Positions 22,650-36,744 of a DNA stretch of 64,000 bases are shown here, piece by piece. Numbering within the stretch: the first letter of the stretch is position 1; every line of letters starts with the position of its first letter. A model generated the notes under the pieces. It ran no database searches. It was not told the DNA's origin and worked only from the letters and a program-made list of their open reading frames with translations. Location of the stretch: positions 16,058,001-16,122,000 of the forward strand of contig JBHGNT010000012.1 in assembly GCA_043228905.1 (NCBI GenBank), in the 5' to 3' direction. The position numbers and the translations under genes are program-made. The DNA is from Azolla caroliniana (taxonomy: Eukaryota > Plantae > Polypodiophyta).

Positions 22650-25600
22650 TCATTCGCTCAAGCGGAAGGAACCCAAGAAAATCCTCATGGGTCAATCTCC
22701 ATTGAGTCATATTTCACATATACAAAATTTCATTAGTTCAACCGCTCATTAGATGTCCGAACTTCGACAATCTCATAGTGCTATTGAGGCACGTGTCATT
22801 AGTTTACAACGTGACACTAATAGACCCGATGAGCATCAGGGTGAACCATCATTTGTCGTAAAGTCATTTACGGGAGTAAAAAAGGAAAGAACCGAAGAAG
22901 CAATCTGCACGTGGCTGGGCTGATGGGAGTCTCATTTTGAGCTCTATCCCATGCCAGATAGTACGAAGATTGCATATGTCGGCCAAGAACTAGGGGGTAA
23001 GGCCACCACCTGATGGCGTGGGCTCCGAACTTTGGGGAAATTGCCCGATACCTGGACAGATTTTGTCACAGTTTTCAAGGGCCAATTTCTGCAACCTCCC
23101 TCTCCAACCGAGGTAGCACAAACTTTAATGAACCTCTCTAGCAGGAAGTTTTCCTCGCTAGAAGACTATGTTCACCATGCTAGAAACCAAATCCAAAAAT
23201 TGGGTCTAGAAGACAATTGGTTGATAGCTTGGTTTGTCAATGGCATCCCCAATTTGGACTATCACTGGATAGTGCACGATAAGGATCCAAAATCCTTCGA
23301 AGAGGTCGTTGAAATAGTTCTTCGCTATCAACGCACTTCCAAGGACCATAACAACCCAACGAAGCGCCCGAGATTAAGCAGTCGCAATTCGATGGGAAAC
23401 GCAAGACACCCAACGAATTCATGGATCACGATTGTAAGAGACATCATCCTTTTTGCGTATTCTGCAAAAAGAAGGGTCATACAAAAGAGCAACCTTGAAA
23501 GCTCCAACGGAAAGAGCACAACAACAAAACAAAAGTTGAAGACCATAAAAGTCAGATTCCTAATGTCCTTGAGGTCTATACACATCATTTAAGTAATTGC
23601 CAATGTTCTTTCCCTCACTATGTATTGGGACCCAATGATTTACTACGTGCAAACGAGTATATCAATGGATCTCCTGTACAATTTTTGTTTGATTTGGGAA
23701 GCTCACACAACTTTGTGAATGGTCGTTTTCAGATATGGGGAATCCAACCCACCGTAATTGATCACACATATAAGGTGCACTTGGTTGATGGAAGAGTACA
23801 ATACATCAACGTGGCGATTCATTCATTAGGAATTTCTATTGATACTTATATAGAGGAAGTAGACTTCCATGTAATGAAACTTGAACTCCGTACGGGCTAC
23901 CATCAAATTCGTATAATAAAGGACGATGTTCCTAAAACGACATTTCGTATGAACTATGACCATTATGAGTTTTTGGTTATGCCTTTTGGTTTGACCAATG
24001 CTCCAACCACATTTCAACAAGAAATGAATGACATTTTTCGAGAGCAACTTGGAAAATTTGTTGTTATTTTCTTGGATGATATTCTAGTTTATAGTCGTAC
24101 ATTAGAAGAACATTCTAAACATGTTTGCTTTGTTTTACAAAAATTGCTTGACAAGCAATTGTACGTGAAGATCTCAAAATACGAGTTCTTCAAGAAATCA
24201 ATTACTTATCTTGGACATCTCATAACCAAACGAGGAGCTGAAATTGATCCTTCTTGCATCGAGAAAATCAAACTTTGGCCCAGTCTTCGGAATATTCAAG
24301 AAGTTCGATCATTCCTTAGTTTTGTTAGGTTTTTGCGAAAATCCCTTCATAATTACTCCCAATTGATGAAGCCGTTTATTGATCTTCTAAAAGGTCAAAC
24401 ACGTAAGTCTACAAAACCTTTTGTGTGGAATGTTACACTAGAGCTCACCTTTAAGGAACAATGAAGTCGAGGACCTAGTGTGCAAGGCTCCTGCGCTTCT
24501 TTTACCCGATCCTTCAAAACCTTTTGAGGTTTAAATCGATGCAAGAGATTATGCTATAGGTGTTGTCTTATATCAAGATGGTAAACCAATAATGTTCGAG
24601 ATTAAGAAACTTGATTTTGCTCAATCTCGGTATACTGTTCAAGGAAAGGAATTATTTGCAGTTATACATGCGCTCAAAACATTCAAAACATGGCGCCATT
24701 ATCTTTATGGAAATCGTTTTGTGGTAACTACGAACCACGAGTCCTTGAAATATTTTTGTGACCAACAAGACCCGAAAGGTCGGAAGGCACGATGGGTTGA
24801 TCTCATCCAGGACTTTGATTTTTCCATACGATATCGTAAAGGTTCCACGAACAATGTCGCTGATGCATTAAGTCGCATCTGTGAAGTTAACATGCTTAGC
24901 TTCACTAAAATAACATCAAATCTTTATGATCACCTTGGAGGAAAGTATCCTGATGACAGTTATTTTGCGAAATACTAGGCAAGAGTTGAGTCTGGAACAA
25001 ACACCACCACATCCTCGAAGGAATCCTTCCACATCGTTAACGGTCTACTCTAATGTAATGGGAAGGTTTGTGTTCCAGATTTGCCTTAGGTCAAAAAGAG
25101 AATTCTTTTTTAATGCCATGATGCACCCTCAGCAGGGCACCCTGGAATACATCATATACTTATTCTCATCTCCACTCAATTCTATTGGCCTAAGATGCAT
25201 CCTGACATACATAACTATGTGACTAAATGTCACCAATGTCAGATTTATTGCTACTAAAACCACGATAGCAACTCCTGAATTGGCTTACCAATTCATTGAC
25301 GAGTTATAATTTTCATTTTTATGGGTTACCGATGGATGTCGTGAGTGATCGAGATCCAAAGTTTACTAGTGACGTTGTCGTAGTGTAGGTTGCACACTAT
25401 GAGGAAATTATATTTTTGTCTCTCCGGATAGAGAATGGAGTGCTCGGTGAGAACCGGAAGAAAACGGCATACCGGCAAGGAGGAAAAACGGCATACCGGC
25501 AAGGAAGAGCCGGATAAAGAGACATAAATGTAAAAAGAAAGGAAATACTCACTACTGCGCAGGACGAGATTTGAACTCTACACCTCCACGTTGACAAACC

Positions 25601-27793
25601 CCAACCTTACCATTACATTAAATTCTCTTAAGTGTTTTAAATATAGATTTAATATGTATAGGACCTTTATTTATGCATACCTTTTGATAGGGTGTATAAG
25701 ATAATAGATAGTTATACACTATATGAGGGCTTGACCAAACCGATTAGATGGAGTTGAAAATCATAATATATTATATAGCTCTAGGTAATTATGATTAGAG
25801 AGTATAACTCAAGAAACTAAGAAAAAAGATAGAGAAAGCGAGCAAGAAATAAGAATGTTCTGATATTCCAACATCAAGAGAATACAAAGGAGACAAACTC
25901 CACATTGAACTAAAACCAAAGACCTTCCTCTTCTAAGACACTTCCTCTTCCACAAAGACACTTCTTCCTAACACTCCTCATCCACTCTTTGGCCTTCACT
26001 CTTAGCCCCCTTCCTCACTAATATCACTTCTTCTTTTATAACCTTCCTCTTCTTATCCACGTTCATGCTATTTTTAGAAGCTTTTTATCTCCCTATTTTT
26101 AGCTATGACACATCGACCTTCTAATCGTCATATCTCCCTCATCCGATATCCAAATTAAGCGATTTAAAAAGCTATAGAAAGCTCTTTTTACAAGCTTTCT
26201 AATCCATATTTAAACGTGATATTTGGATAAACAACGAGGGAGTTATGACCATTCTATTTTTACTGTTTTTTATAGTCTGCGTTTTCTCTTTTTACTTTTC
26301 TCTTGGTCTCGTACTTTTACTTTTGACTTCTTCCCTAAGGTCTTAGTTCGTGTTCTTATCCTCAAAATGTGAATTATCCATACTTTATATCCATCTAGTG
26401 TTCAATGGTTTGAATTCAAAAAACACTTTCACACCTTTATTAAAAGGTAAATCGTGTATTTTTTTTAAATGAAAAAGAAAAAAAAAAACACGAGACACTA
26501 AAAAATAACTCATGCACATCTAGCGTGCATGAGCCCTATACTTAGGAAATAAAAAAAAAACATCACATGCATATTTAGTGTGCATGATCATATTAGAAAA
26601 AGCATGTAGCTATGCTTAGTCTCTCCCATCACTATATAAGGACGGGGAGCACATTGTAAAGGGTTGTTGATTATTTGGATTAAATATATTTTCAATACAA
26701 AAATTATTCGTGGGATTCACGATTTATACATCTACTTCTCTCTTAACACCCTAAGTACCAATTAAAATAGGATACTCGTGATTCACGAGTTTCTTATCTT
26801 TCTCTTTGCTATTTACTCATAATTAATCTCTATTTCACGAACTTCTTTCTCCTAGTCCAAGACCTCTGTGGTTCCCACCCGACTCACGCAACGATCCGGA
26901 GCCGAAAGGCACGACAACGTCTGGACGCAAGTCTTTAAGAAGTTAGAAACTACGTTGAGCATGACATGAGCTCCACAAATCATCCTCAATCCTATGGATA
27001 GACAAAATGAGTAAATCAAATTATTGAGGACATGCTAAGTGCATATGCTGGTACAAAACCAACAAAATGAGAATGTTATCTCCCAACTTTGAAGTTTGCT
27101 TATAACAACTCCAAACATTCATCGACGAGATATAGTCCTTTTATGTTGATGTATGGTTTTTAGTCACGAGCCCCGATTGATGTTAATATACATCATGATG
27201 AGTTGCGAAGTACGCAAAACTTTCTTTGGGATATGCAGGATATGTTGCATATTGCACGAGATAATATAAAAATAGCTCAAGACAGAGCGCGTTTTTACGC
27301 CGATCATAATAGGCAACCTCGTGTATTCAACCCTGGACAGAATGTAATTTTATGTGTACCTCACAATTCTAAGACATTGTCTACGAGTAAGTGTGGTAAG
27401 TTAGCCCCATGGTTTTGTGGACCTTTTCAAGTCCTCAAACACATTGGTTCATCAGCCTATCGTCTCGCTCTTCCTGATGGCGTTGAAATTCATCCAGTTT
27501 TTCATGTAAGTCATCTAAAAGAACTTCTAGGTTATGGCGACAATACAATTACAACTGAAATTCTGGTTACTTCTGAAGAATTATCTTCTAAACCACATGT
27601 ACTAGAAAGAATTCTCGATGTTAAAACAAAAAATCTGTGTACTAAAATAATTCGAGAATTCAAAATTAAATGGATGGATAAATCTATCAAAGATGCCAAA
27701 TGGGAATGCGAAAATACTCTTAGAACTAACTTCCCTAACTTTCCATTGCAAGAGTGCAATGTTTTAAAGAGGGGGAGTATGTTACGAGCATGA
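22650..27793 (+). pseudogene. Element B gag-pol remnants with internal deletions and a C-terminal chromodomain
   Basis: FLFDLGSSHNF fused to ELRTGYHQ (RT N-terminus deleted), FLDDILVY, ELFAVIHAL, KLAPWFCGPF, IHPVFHVS, FKIKWMDKSIKDAKWE. Confidence 0.88.
25376..26916 (+). mobile_element. 1541-bp solo-LTR-like insertion with 4-bp TSD ACGT in the integrase of B
   Basis: TGTCGT..ACGACA termini; ACGT at 25372-25375 and 26917-26920. Removing it restores FTSDVWTQ (element A has FTSDFWTQ). Shares about 700 bp with 40970-41900. Confidence 0.85.
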
Positions 27794-28143
27794 CCATATA
27801 ATATCCCGTGGTGAGAATTTACCGTAGTATTCTATACACGTGGATAAGTGTGAGGGTTAAACAAGAGTGTAAAGAAGGGGATGATTACTTTTAATCCTCG
27901 TGATTGAGACAACCCATTAGGCCAAGTGTGAACTTGCCTGGGGGCCTTGGGTCTCGATATAAATATGAGGTCTGACTACCCTCATTTCATCATCTATTGA
28001 CTACGTCGAGACTCTGTTTCATGGTGGGTTAACTCTTGTAGCGAGCGCACCAACACCAGGTACGACTCATCGCCACGACGGTGGTATGGGACACCGATCG
28101 AGGCTCAATCCCTTCGCTCGGGGGTGGTCGGGTGGATCGGCAC

Positions 28144-28178
<35 letters not shown>

Positions 28179-29952
28179 TTCTTATTTCATATATATATTA
28201 TATCCTTATCATATGTTTACATTAGATCATCACTCTAACACTTACCTACCCTCATAAGCACATCACGTCGGAAGGTTGTTGTCTTAGACATCGGTTGTGC
28301 AGGCTAGGCTTTCGTGTCAACGAACGTGTGTATCTCTTCGAAGGTATCAGTCATCCTAATATCCGATGGTATGAAACATAGCTTGGGGGTGGTTGGGTGG
28401 AACGGGTTCTTCTATCCAATCTATTTTCCTTCTTTTACTTTATTTTGGTCTATTGATTAGTAATAGACTCTTAACAGTGGTATCTGAGCATTACTAACAT
28501 TTTTTTTTTTTGTTTTGATGTTTTTTACGTGTGAGCGATGGGGATTTAACAAGGCTCCTCATGCTCTTCTCAGGATCAAAACACCATTCTAAACCCGGTA
28601 TTTTTCTTTCTCTATCTCTCGTCTTTTCTATGATGCGTTATTCTTGGTCGCATGAAAATTGTATTACGTTTTCTTTTCTTTTCTTTCTTCTTTCTACGAT
28701 GATACAATTTACAATCTTATTGTGCATCGGGTAGAGCATGTTTGCACTAATCGCACACGCTCCCCTCTCTTGAGCCATCTCTTATGATAATAATTATTCT
28801 TGTGCATCGGGTCGAGTGTTTTTGCCCTAATCACACATGCTCACCTCATGGCCCTTTTGCATATGATCTTGCGTATGCCACTCTTCCCTTTATTGAGCCA
28901 TCACTTGGCCGATTCTATGGGATGTGGTGGACTTGAGGAGGTGCATGTTGACTACCCTAGGGTTTCTTCCTTATGACATGCTTACTATTTCATACACCTA
29001 ATTGATTATTATTGTAATTATTTTCTAATTATTTTCTAATTACACAAATTGTCTTTTCACTTTCTAATGATTTTCTCATAATTGTCATTTACCCACCCAC
29101 GATCAACTCTCTTTCTTACCCTTATTTTAAGTTCATCTACACTATTTACATACGTTTAATGGTGTAACGATTCATGTAGACTATTTTTTCATATTGAGTG
29201 GCCATCATGCCACTTTTTGAACATTTTTTCCAAAGTGTTCTCTAGGTTTAACTCATGTAATTGAGCCTTAGTACTCAATTAAAAACACATGAGTTCCACT
29301 ATTGATGTTTTACTCATAAATTTGAATACTATATCTTTGCGCACAACACCACTACCATTTGTATCAATTTGTGGCTTATGTCACAATTGTGAAAATTACA
29401 ACCACCATATTGGGATGTATATGTGCATACCTCGCACCATCCATTTATTTGTGACATTTTTTTTAGTAGGTAGCACATGGGTTTTTTATCCTTGTTTTCG
29501 TCAATGCTTGACTCTTATGGGTAGTGCCTTATTTTATTGTTTTTGTCATAACATTTGCTTGTTACTCGCAAGCCTAGAATATTACTTGCGGATGTACTTG
29601 TTTTTTCACGTAATACACTTTCTCGATCATATCAAAACATGCTAGGTTGGCATTTTAATATAAGGCTAACCACGTTGATGCTAGAACCATGGTTGAGCCT
29701 CAGGGAGCCACCATGCTTATTCGAGATAGAGATCCGAGAATGACATCTTAGCTATGTTTCCCCCCATGGCTTTTAAAACACCATAGTGTTACCATAGTTA
29801 TCGGATTTCGAATCACATCTCATATGTCTAGAGGGGTAAGGATGTGAGATACTTTCTTGGATAAAGTTCTTCCAATCAAAATTTCAAGCATTCATTTTGC
29901 TTGTGTATTTTCTGAACCTCCTTATTTATATTGCGTACACACAGCTTGCATC

Positions 29953-32900
29953 ATGGAACAAGTTTTGAACACTATTGGAGTGATCTCTCCGACAGAGACC
30001 TCTCAACTCCAATCTGCATCTTGCACACAAGTTGAGATCACTATTGAGCAATTGCTCACTATTACCTTCAATCAATTGGCCGAAATGAGGCAAGCCAATA
30101 TGGCTTTGGAAAAGAAATTCCAACAATTGACTATTGAGTCCACGAAAGAATGTGAACCTTCTTTCGTAGTCACGCCATTCAAGGGAGATAAGAAAGAAAG
30201 AACCAAGGAAGCCATTAGCACTTGGCTTGGTTGTTGGGAGTCTCACTTTGAGCTCCATCCCAAGCCCGATGCTGTAAAAATTGGTTATGTCGGTTGTGAG
30301 TTAGGTGGTCGAGCTACTGCTTGGTGGCGTGGCCTAAGGACTACAAAGAACTTACCCACAACTTGGGAAAGTTTCATTGATGTTTTTAAGAAACAGTTCT
30401 TGCAGACGCCTTCTCAAACTGAACAAGCGCAACACTTGCTCATGTTGTCGAGTAAGCCATTTACCTCTCTCGAGGATTATGTGCATCATGCTCGGAGTCA
30501 GAGATCCAAAAATCAGGACTTACGGGTGAGAAATGGTTTGTCGCTTGTTTATTGATATCTAGCGACAAGCACATTTCTTGTTTGATTCCAGTAGTTCTCA
30601 CAATTTTCGTAATGATCACTTGGTGCAACAAATGCAACTCCACATAAACGCAAGTGATCATATCTATCAAGTTCACATGGCAAATGGAGGCATTCAATAT
30701 TGTTAAGATCGTGACCGGCCACAACCGGTTACGCTCACGAATATGTGTTCGAGTGCAAAGTAAATGGGCGAGGTAATGCTCAGACAGAAGAGAAGAGAAA
30801 ACGAAAAAGAGACACAAGATATTTAACGTGGAAAACCCAAACTGGGAAAAACCACAGGGGTCCACAAACCCCAAGAAACATAATCACTATAATAGAGGAG
30901 AAGTACAATAAGAAACTCAGAGGCAACGACCTCGAGTTCTTCTTTGTCTAATTGACGGTTGTAGAGTTACTAACTCTTACACTCTCACTCTCACTCTCTC
31001 TCTCTCTCTCTCTCTTACACAGTTATAGAGACAACTACCTTTTGTATCACAATACAACCAATAATGATCCACCACTTAAAGTTTGCCCTAGTTGTTTATA
31101 TACTAAAACAACTTTCTGGCTATTTACAAGTATAGCTCACAAGGGGCACATTTGGACTATTTACAAATATAGTCTCCCGAATCGGTTATACAATCGATTC
31201 TCAATTTATGGTTCTTGGTTCTCGGTTGAGGCATATCGACCTCGGCTGAATTGCCCACTATGTCAATTCAGTTCGTTCTCTTCTTCCCATCCGTAGGGAC
31301 CTATTCTCCCAACAAATACATCATTGGCATTGTTTGTCAACTGCCAATTCAAATAGATACCTATCTAGAGAAGCTTGACTTTCATGTTATGAAACTACAA
31401 TCCACAGATGTTATTTTAGGATATCCATGGTTTTTTAATAAAAACCCTTCTTTGTCCATTGATTGGGTTAATCACTCAAATCACATTTGAACTTAATAAT
31501 TGTAAACATTTTATTCAATGTTCCAAACTTCCTTCTCATTCATTTGTGCCTTATAAATCTTTAAGTGAGTATTCTAGTTCATCAATTTATTCGTGTGTAA
31601 TTGATCCAACGCTTCAATTTTATTATTGTAATGTTGACACCACACAATTACCACATTATGAACGTCAATTACTCGACTCTATTTAAGATGATTTTCAAGA
31701 TGTGTTTCCTAACAAATTGCCACTTACTTTACCACCACAACGTAATGTGGACCATCAGATTGAACTCATTCCCGGTGCTGCTCCTGTGAGCATTCCACCT
31801 TATCGACTTAGTCGATTAGAAGATGATGAGATCGTTAAACAACTTACGGAATACTTGAGTATGGGTCACATTAGGTATAGTACATCACCTTGGGGTGCAC
31901 CAATTCTTTTAGTTAAGAAGAAGGAAGGTTCATGGCGAATGTGTATTAACTATTGCCGTTTGAATAAATGGACAATTAAAAATGCATATCTGTTACCTCG
32001 TGTTGATGATTTGATTGATCGTTTGCTTGGGACCCGATATTTTGCGAAAATTGACTTACAAACAGGTTATCATCAGATTCTCATTGCTGAGGATGATATT
32101 CCTAAAACCGCTTTTCGTACGCGCTATGGCCATTATGAGTTTTAGTCATGCCTTTCAAGTTGACTAATGCTCCAACCACATTCCAACAAGCGATGAATGA
32201 CGTTTTCCGAGATCAACTCGATGATTTTGTTGTCGTCTTCTTGGAAGATATTCTGATATATATCCGTACCTTGCAAGATCATGTTCAACATGTTCGATTT
32301 GTTTTGCAAAAGTTGTGTGACAACTCTTTCTATGCAAAACATTCAAAATGTGATTTTTCCCAAAAATCTATTATGTACCTAGGTCATTTAATTACGGAAA
32401 AATGGCGTTGCAATTGAACCTTCTCGTATTGAAAAAGTTAAACTTTGGCCCACCTTGTAATATTCGTGAACTTCCATCATTCTTTGGATTCGTAACTATT
32501 CCAAATTGACTACACCATTAACTAACCTTTTCAAAGGCCATCCACGCAAGTCTGTCAAACCAATTTCCTGGAATGAAAAACTTGACACATCATTTGAGAC
32601 ACTCAAAGAGCATGTGTGTCAAGTTCCCATTCTTCTATTACCAAACCCTTCCAAGCCTTTCTCAATCGAAACTGATGCTAGTGATTATGCTATTGGTGCC
32701 CTCCTTTATCAAGGCAGTCACCCTATCGCTTTTGAAAGTAAAAAGCTTGATGCTACTCAATCTTGGTATTTGGTTCAAGAGAAAGAGTTGTTCGCGGTAA
32801 TACATGCACTAAAACCATGGAGGCATTATCTCTATGGAAATCAATTTGTGGTTACAACAACCCATCAATCCTTGAAGTATTTTTGTGACCAACCAGATCT

Positions 32901-34505
32901 TGTTGGTCGTAAAGGCCGTTGGGCTGACCTTATGCAATATTTTGATTTTTCCATATGGTATCGCAAGGGTTCTATGAACACCGTTGCGAATGCCCTTAGT
33001 TGCATTAAAGAAGTTAACATGCTTAGCTTCACGGAAATAAATTTTGATCTTTTAGATCACCTTAGAGGGAAATACCTTGATGACAATTATTTTTCGAAAT
33101 ACTGGACGAAAGCTGAATTTGGTTTAGATGCCGTTACTAACAGCCTACCCTCGAAGGCGACCTTTCACATTACAAACAGTTTGCTCTATTGTAGTGGAAA
33201 GGTTTGTGTTCTAGATTTACTAAACGTAAAACAAAACATTCTTTATGAATGTCATGATGCACTTTTTGCTAGTCATCCTGGAATACAATGCACACTCGTT
33301 CTCATCTCGAGTACTTTTTTCTGGCCTAAGATGTGCTTTGATGTGCATAAATACGTAATTCAATCCTTACAATGTCTAATTAATAAGTCGGAACGACTTA
33401 AAGTTGCTGGTCTTTTACATCCCTTAGATATTCCCAAGAACAAATGGGAAAGTATCTCGATGGATTTTATTGTTAGTTTACCTCGTACACAAAGGGTTCA
33501 TGATGCCATTTGGGTTGTCGTTGACTAACTAACAAAATCGGCTAGATTTATTCCTACCAAAACCACGGTAACCGCCCAACAATTGGCTTATCAATTCGTT
33601 GATGAGTTATTTCGTTTTTATGGATCACCGATGGATATTTTTAGTGATCAAGATTCCAAGTTTACTAGTGACTTTTGGACTCAAATCTTTATGAAGCTAG
33701 AAACTACATTCAACATGAGTTCCACAGATAATCCTCAATCTGATGGACAAACCGAATCAGTTAATCAAATTATTGAGGACATGCTTCGAACTTATGTAGC
33801 AAAAATCCCTTCTAAGTGGGAGCAATACATTCCTATCTTAGAATTTGCCTATAATAGCTCAAAACATACATCCACTGGATATAGTCCTTTTATGTTGATG
33901 TATGTGCCCCATTTGATGTCATGATTCGTCGTGATACATTAGATAGTACACACAATTTTTTGCAAGACATGAACCAAATATTGCATATTGCCAAAGAAAA
34001 TGTGAAGACATCTCAAGATCGTGCTCAATTTTATACTGATCAGGATAGAAGTCCTCGTGCATTTACTATTGGTCAAAAAGTTTTTTTGCATGTCCCTACT
34101 GCTCTACGTCATTGTCTACGGGCAAGTGCACTAAGTTAGCCCCACGATATTGTGGCCCATAGGATATCCTCAAGCGAGTTGGGTCATCTGCTTATCACCT
34201 TGCCTTACCCCGTAACATTGGTATTCATCCTGTTTTTCACGTTACTCATCTAAAACGATTTTAAAGCTCTAGTGATAACACCATCACAATCCAGGATCTT
34301 GTAACATTAGAGGATTTTTCTTACAACCCTCATGTTCCTGAACGAATTCTTGATTCTTGTACTAAACTTTTACGTTCTAAAGAGATTCGGCTATTCAAGA
34401 TCAAATGGATGGACAAACCTATTGATGATGCCACGTGGGAACGCGAGGATACTCTTAAGGCACAATTTCCTCACTTTATATTGCAAGAGAGCAATCTTTT
34501 GAAGT
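29953..34505 (+). pseudogene. Element A gag-pol remnants (gag, protease, RT, RNase H, integrase, chromodomain)
   Basis: RATAWWR gag, LFDSSSSHNF protease, [20 protein letters not shown] and [22 protein letters not shown] RNase H, WESISMDF and PQSDGQTE integrase, FKIKWMDKPIDDATWE chromodomain; many stops and frameshifts. Confidence 0.9.
30701..31314 (-). mobile_element. Copia solo LTR (same group as the 490 element) in the protease of A
   Basis: TG..CA termini; TSD AATAT/AATAC; shares GGCCACAACCG and CGTGGAAAACCC; removal rejoins ANGGIQY|IIGIVCQL. Confidence 0.85.
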
Positions 34506-35803
34506 AGGGGAGTATGTTATGTACACATAACATAGGTGAGGGTAGGTCACTAATATTTACATAAGTGAAGGGTATGTTCACTAATGTTAAAAAAGGGACT
34601 AATGTGATTGGATAGAAGGAATGATAGGTGCATGCACTATCATGATTTGGACAACCAATGAATGGAGATCCTTTTAAAAAGGCACATATATTCAAGGGGC
34701 CTAGGAAGAGGTAAATATGAGGCTTAGCTACCCTCATAAGCACATCACGTCGGAAGGTTTTTGTCTTAGACATCGGTGGTGCGGGCTAGGGTTTCGTCAC
34801 GACGATCGTGTGTATCTCTTCCAAGGTATTAGTCATCCTAATATTTAGCGGACGTCAGTGGTAGGTTGGCTATGTCTAGATCATAGCTCGAGGGTGGTCG
34901 GGTGGAACGGGTTCTTCTATCCAATCTATTTTCCTTCTTTTTACTTTATTTTGGTTTATTGATTAGTAGTAGACTCTTAACAGTCATATTGTTGGCATTT
35001 TCTTTATACTTAATTCTAGTTCCTGGTTAGTTAGTTGGTGCCATCATCATCTCCTAGTAGTATACTGAATATCATCCTTTCATCTTGATCAACAGTCTTC
35101 ACGAACATTAAGACTTTGTTCACCTCCACCAATCTTAGATCTTGGTTTGAAAGTTGAGTAAATTGGTGCTCAAACTTATGAAATGACTATATTGCATTTT
35201 TGTAGGGTTTCTTTGATGCGACCCATTTATCAAACTCATAGCAACTTATTCTAGTCACATCTTTGTCCTCAACCTCCTTTAGCAATGTCATCTAGAAGGA
35301 ACCCCATGAGGCCTTGTAGAAGTTCATTGATATGTTTATGCAGAGCCAAGGATACAACTCTACTGAGGCACTTCAACTTTTTTGGATCACCAACCCCTTC
35401 TTGAAGCATCATGACATTGTATTTATTTAAAAAATCTAAGACATTGGGCCTTCAAATTGTCCAGATGTGTACACAAGTCTTTGACCACACAAAGTCATTC
35501 TTATCTTCTCTTTCTCTCTTCATTTGCATCATCATCATCGCCATCATCGGTGTGAAGTCTATGTGTGTGAAACTTGAGTGGGACCACTGGGGAACATGAA
35601 CCATAGAGGATAGTTCCTCTTGTTGTCGATGGTCTCTAATGTCATCTTGATTTGCTACTCCAAGACATTCTATATTTTGGTAGCACTTCCACCTTGATCC
35701 AAAAATTCACCTGACAATGAGCTCTCCTCTCCCTTTAATAGGTTTTAAGAGGGTCTTGACCATAATAGTAAGTTTCTTTTTACATAGCATTTGACCTTGA
35801 GAT

Positions 35804-36086
35804 TGTCATGATATAACATGGTATGGCTTCAAAAAGATTTGAACACATGATCTTGTGTCACATGGGTTAAAGCCTTATCCATTAGGCTATACATTGCAAT
35901 ACAAAAAAATATTATTTCCATTTAATATTTCACTTAGGAAATCCATGTATATTCTAGATTTCACTTTTGTTATCATCCTTCTCTCTATCTCTCTCTCTCC
36001 TTCTCCAGAGAGTTCTACACCCCTCTTAGTACTAATCATAATATTTTAGTACTAATTCCCTCTCTTTCTTAGTACTATTCCTAACA
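35804..36086 (+). mobile_element. Short solo LTR (283 bp)
   Basis: TGTCATGAT..CTAACA, TSD GAGAT/GAGAC; related to the minus-strand LTR starting at 38676. Confidence 0.7.
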
Positions 36087-36139
36087 GAGACTCAACTAGC
36101 ACAAAAACACTAAATGTCCCTTTTCTCTTTTATTAGATA

Positions 36140-36272
36140 CCTAAGGAGTATCATCATTACGCTGACTTTTTTGATAAGGTAAAAGCTAGTACTCTTCCTC
36201 ACCATCAACCGTATGATTGTCCAATTGATTTACAACTAGGAAAAGAACCATCGTGGGGACCGATGTACAACT
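36140..36272 (+). pseudogene. Gypsy (Tcn1-like) pre-RT fragment
   Basis: PKEYHHYADFFDKVKASTLPHHQPYDCPIDLQLGKEPSWGPMYN. Confidence 0.7.
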
Positions 36273-36744
36273 ATAGATCATCTTTCTCTCTTCATTGTGC
36301 ATTTTAAGATTCGAAAGTCTTACCTTCCTTTCCTACTATAAGCTATTGATGATTGAGTCTTTTTGTTTTCTTTGACTTCGTCTTGTCTTTAGACCTTACT
36401 TCCATACTTCTGCCTTATCCTTCATTCTTTTATCTATAGTTAATTTAACTTGTTTCCTCATGTGCACTTTTGATATCACGATAGGGAATTTCTTGAATTG
36501 CCCAACACTAAAATATAGTGTACTATGATGATAACCAAATCCATTCATTTGAAATGAAGCGACTTGTGAGTACTAACTTTGCTTGTGTCAAAATGAAGAA
36601 GTTGATTAAGGATTTAAAAAAGAAGAATGTTTGAAGAACATACTACTCCACATTGGCCAACATTCGAGTAGGTCATGATACAAGCGGCCAGGAATTGTGT
36701 GGAGGAGAATTCTGGCCATTATGTTGGAAAATGCTAGGAGGGGG

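Larger units (their letters stand above)
20499..28240 (+). mobile_element. Ty3/Gypsy chromovirus B nested in the 5' LTR of A
   Basis: LTRs at 20499-20950 and 27780-28240; TSD CTTAG/CTTAC (the intact A LTR reads GGCTTAGCTACCC); PBS TGGTACCATAGC at 20953; PPT AAAGAGGGGGAG. Confidence 0.93.
20284..34982 (+). mobile_element. Ty3/Gypsy chromovirus A (degenerate), 5' LTR interrupted by element B
   Basis: 5' LTR at 20284-20498 plus 28246-28476, 3' LTR at 34515-34982, TSD GTCAT on both sides, PBS TGGTATCTGAGC at 28478, PPT at 34501-34512. Confidence 0.93.
18428..36475 (-). mobile_element. Old degenerate Gypsy-like gag remnant (18428-20283 and 34988-36475), host of the nested chromoviruses
   Basis: Its two halves flank the GTCAT TSD. 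Broken gag-like minus-strand frames (e.g. PNVLDFLNKYNVMM near 35400-35450). Segments 18428-18560 and 18675-18790 are diverged copies of 35675-35803 and 36346-36470. Confidence 0.45.
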
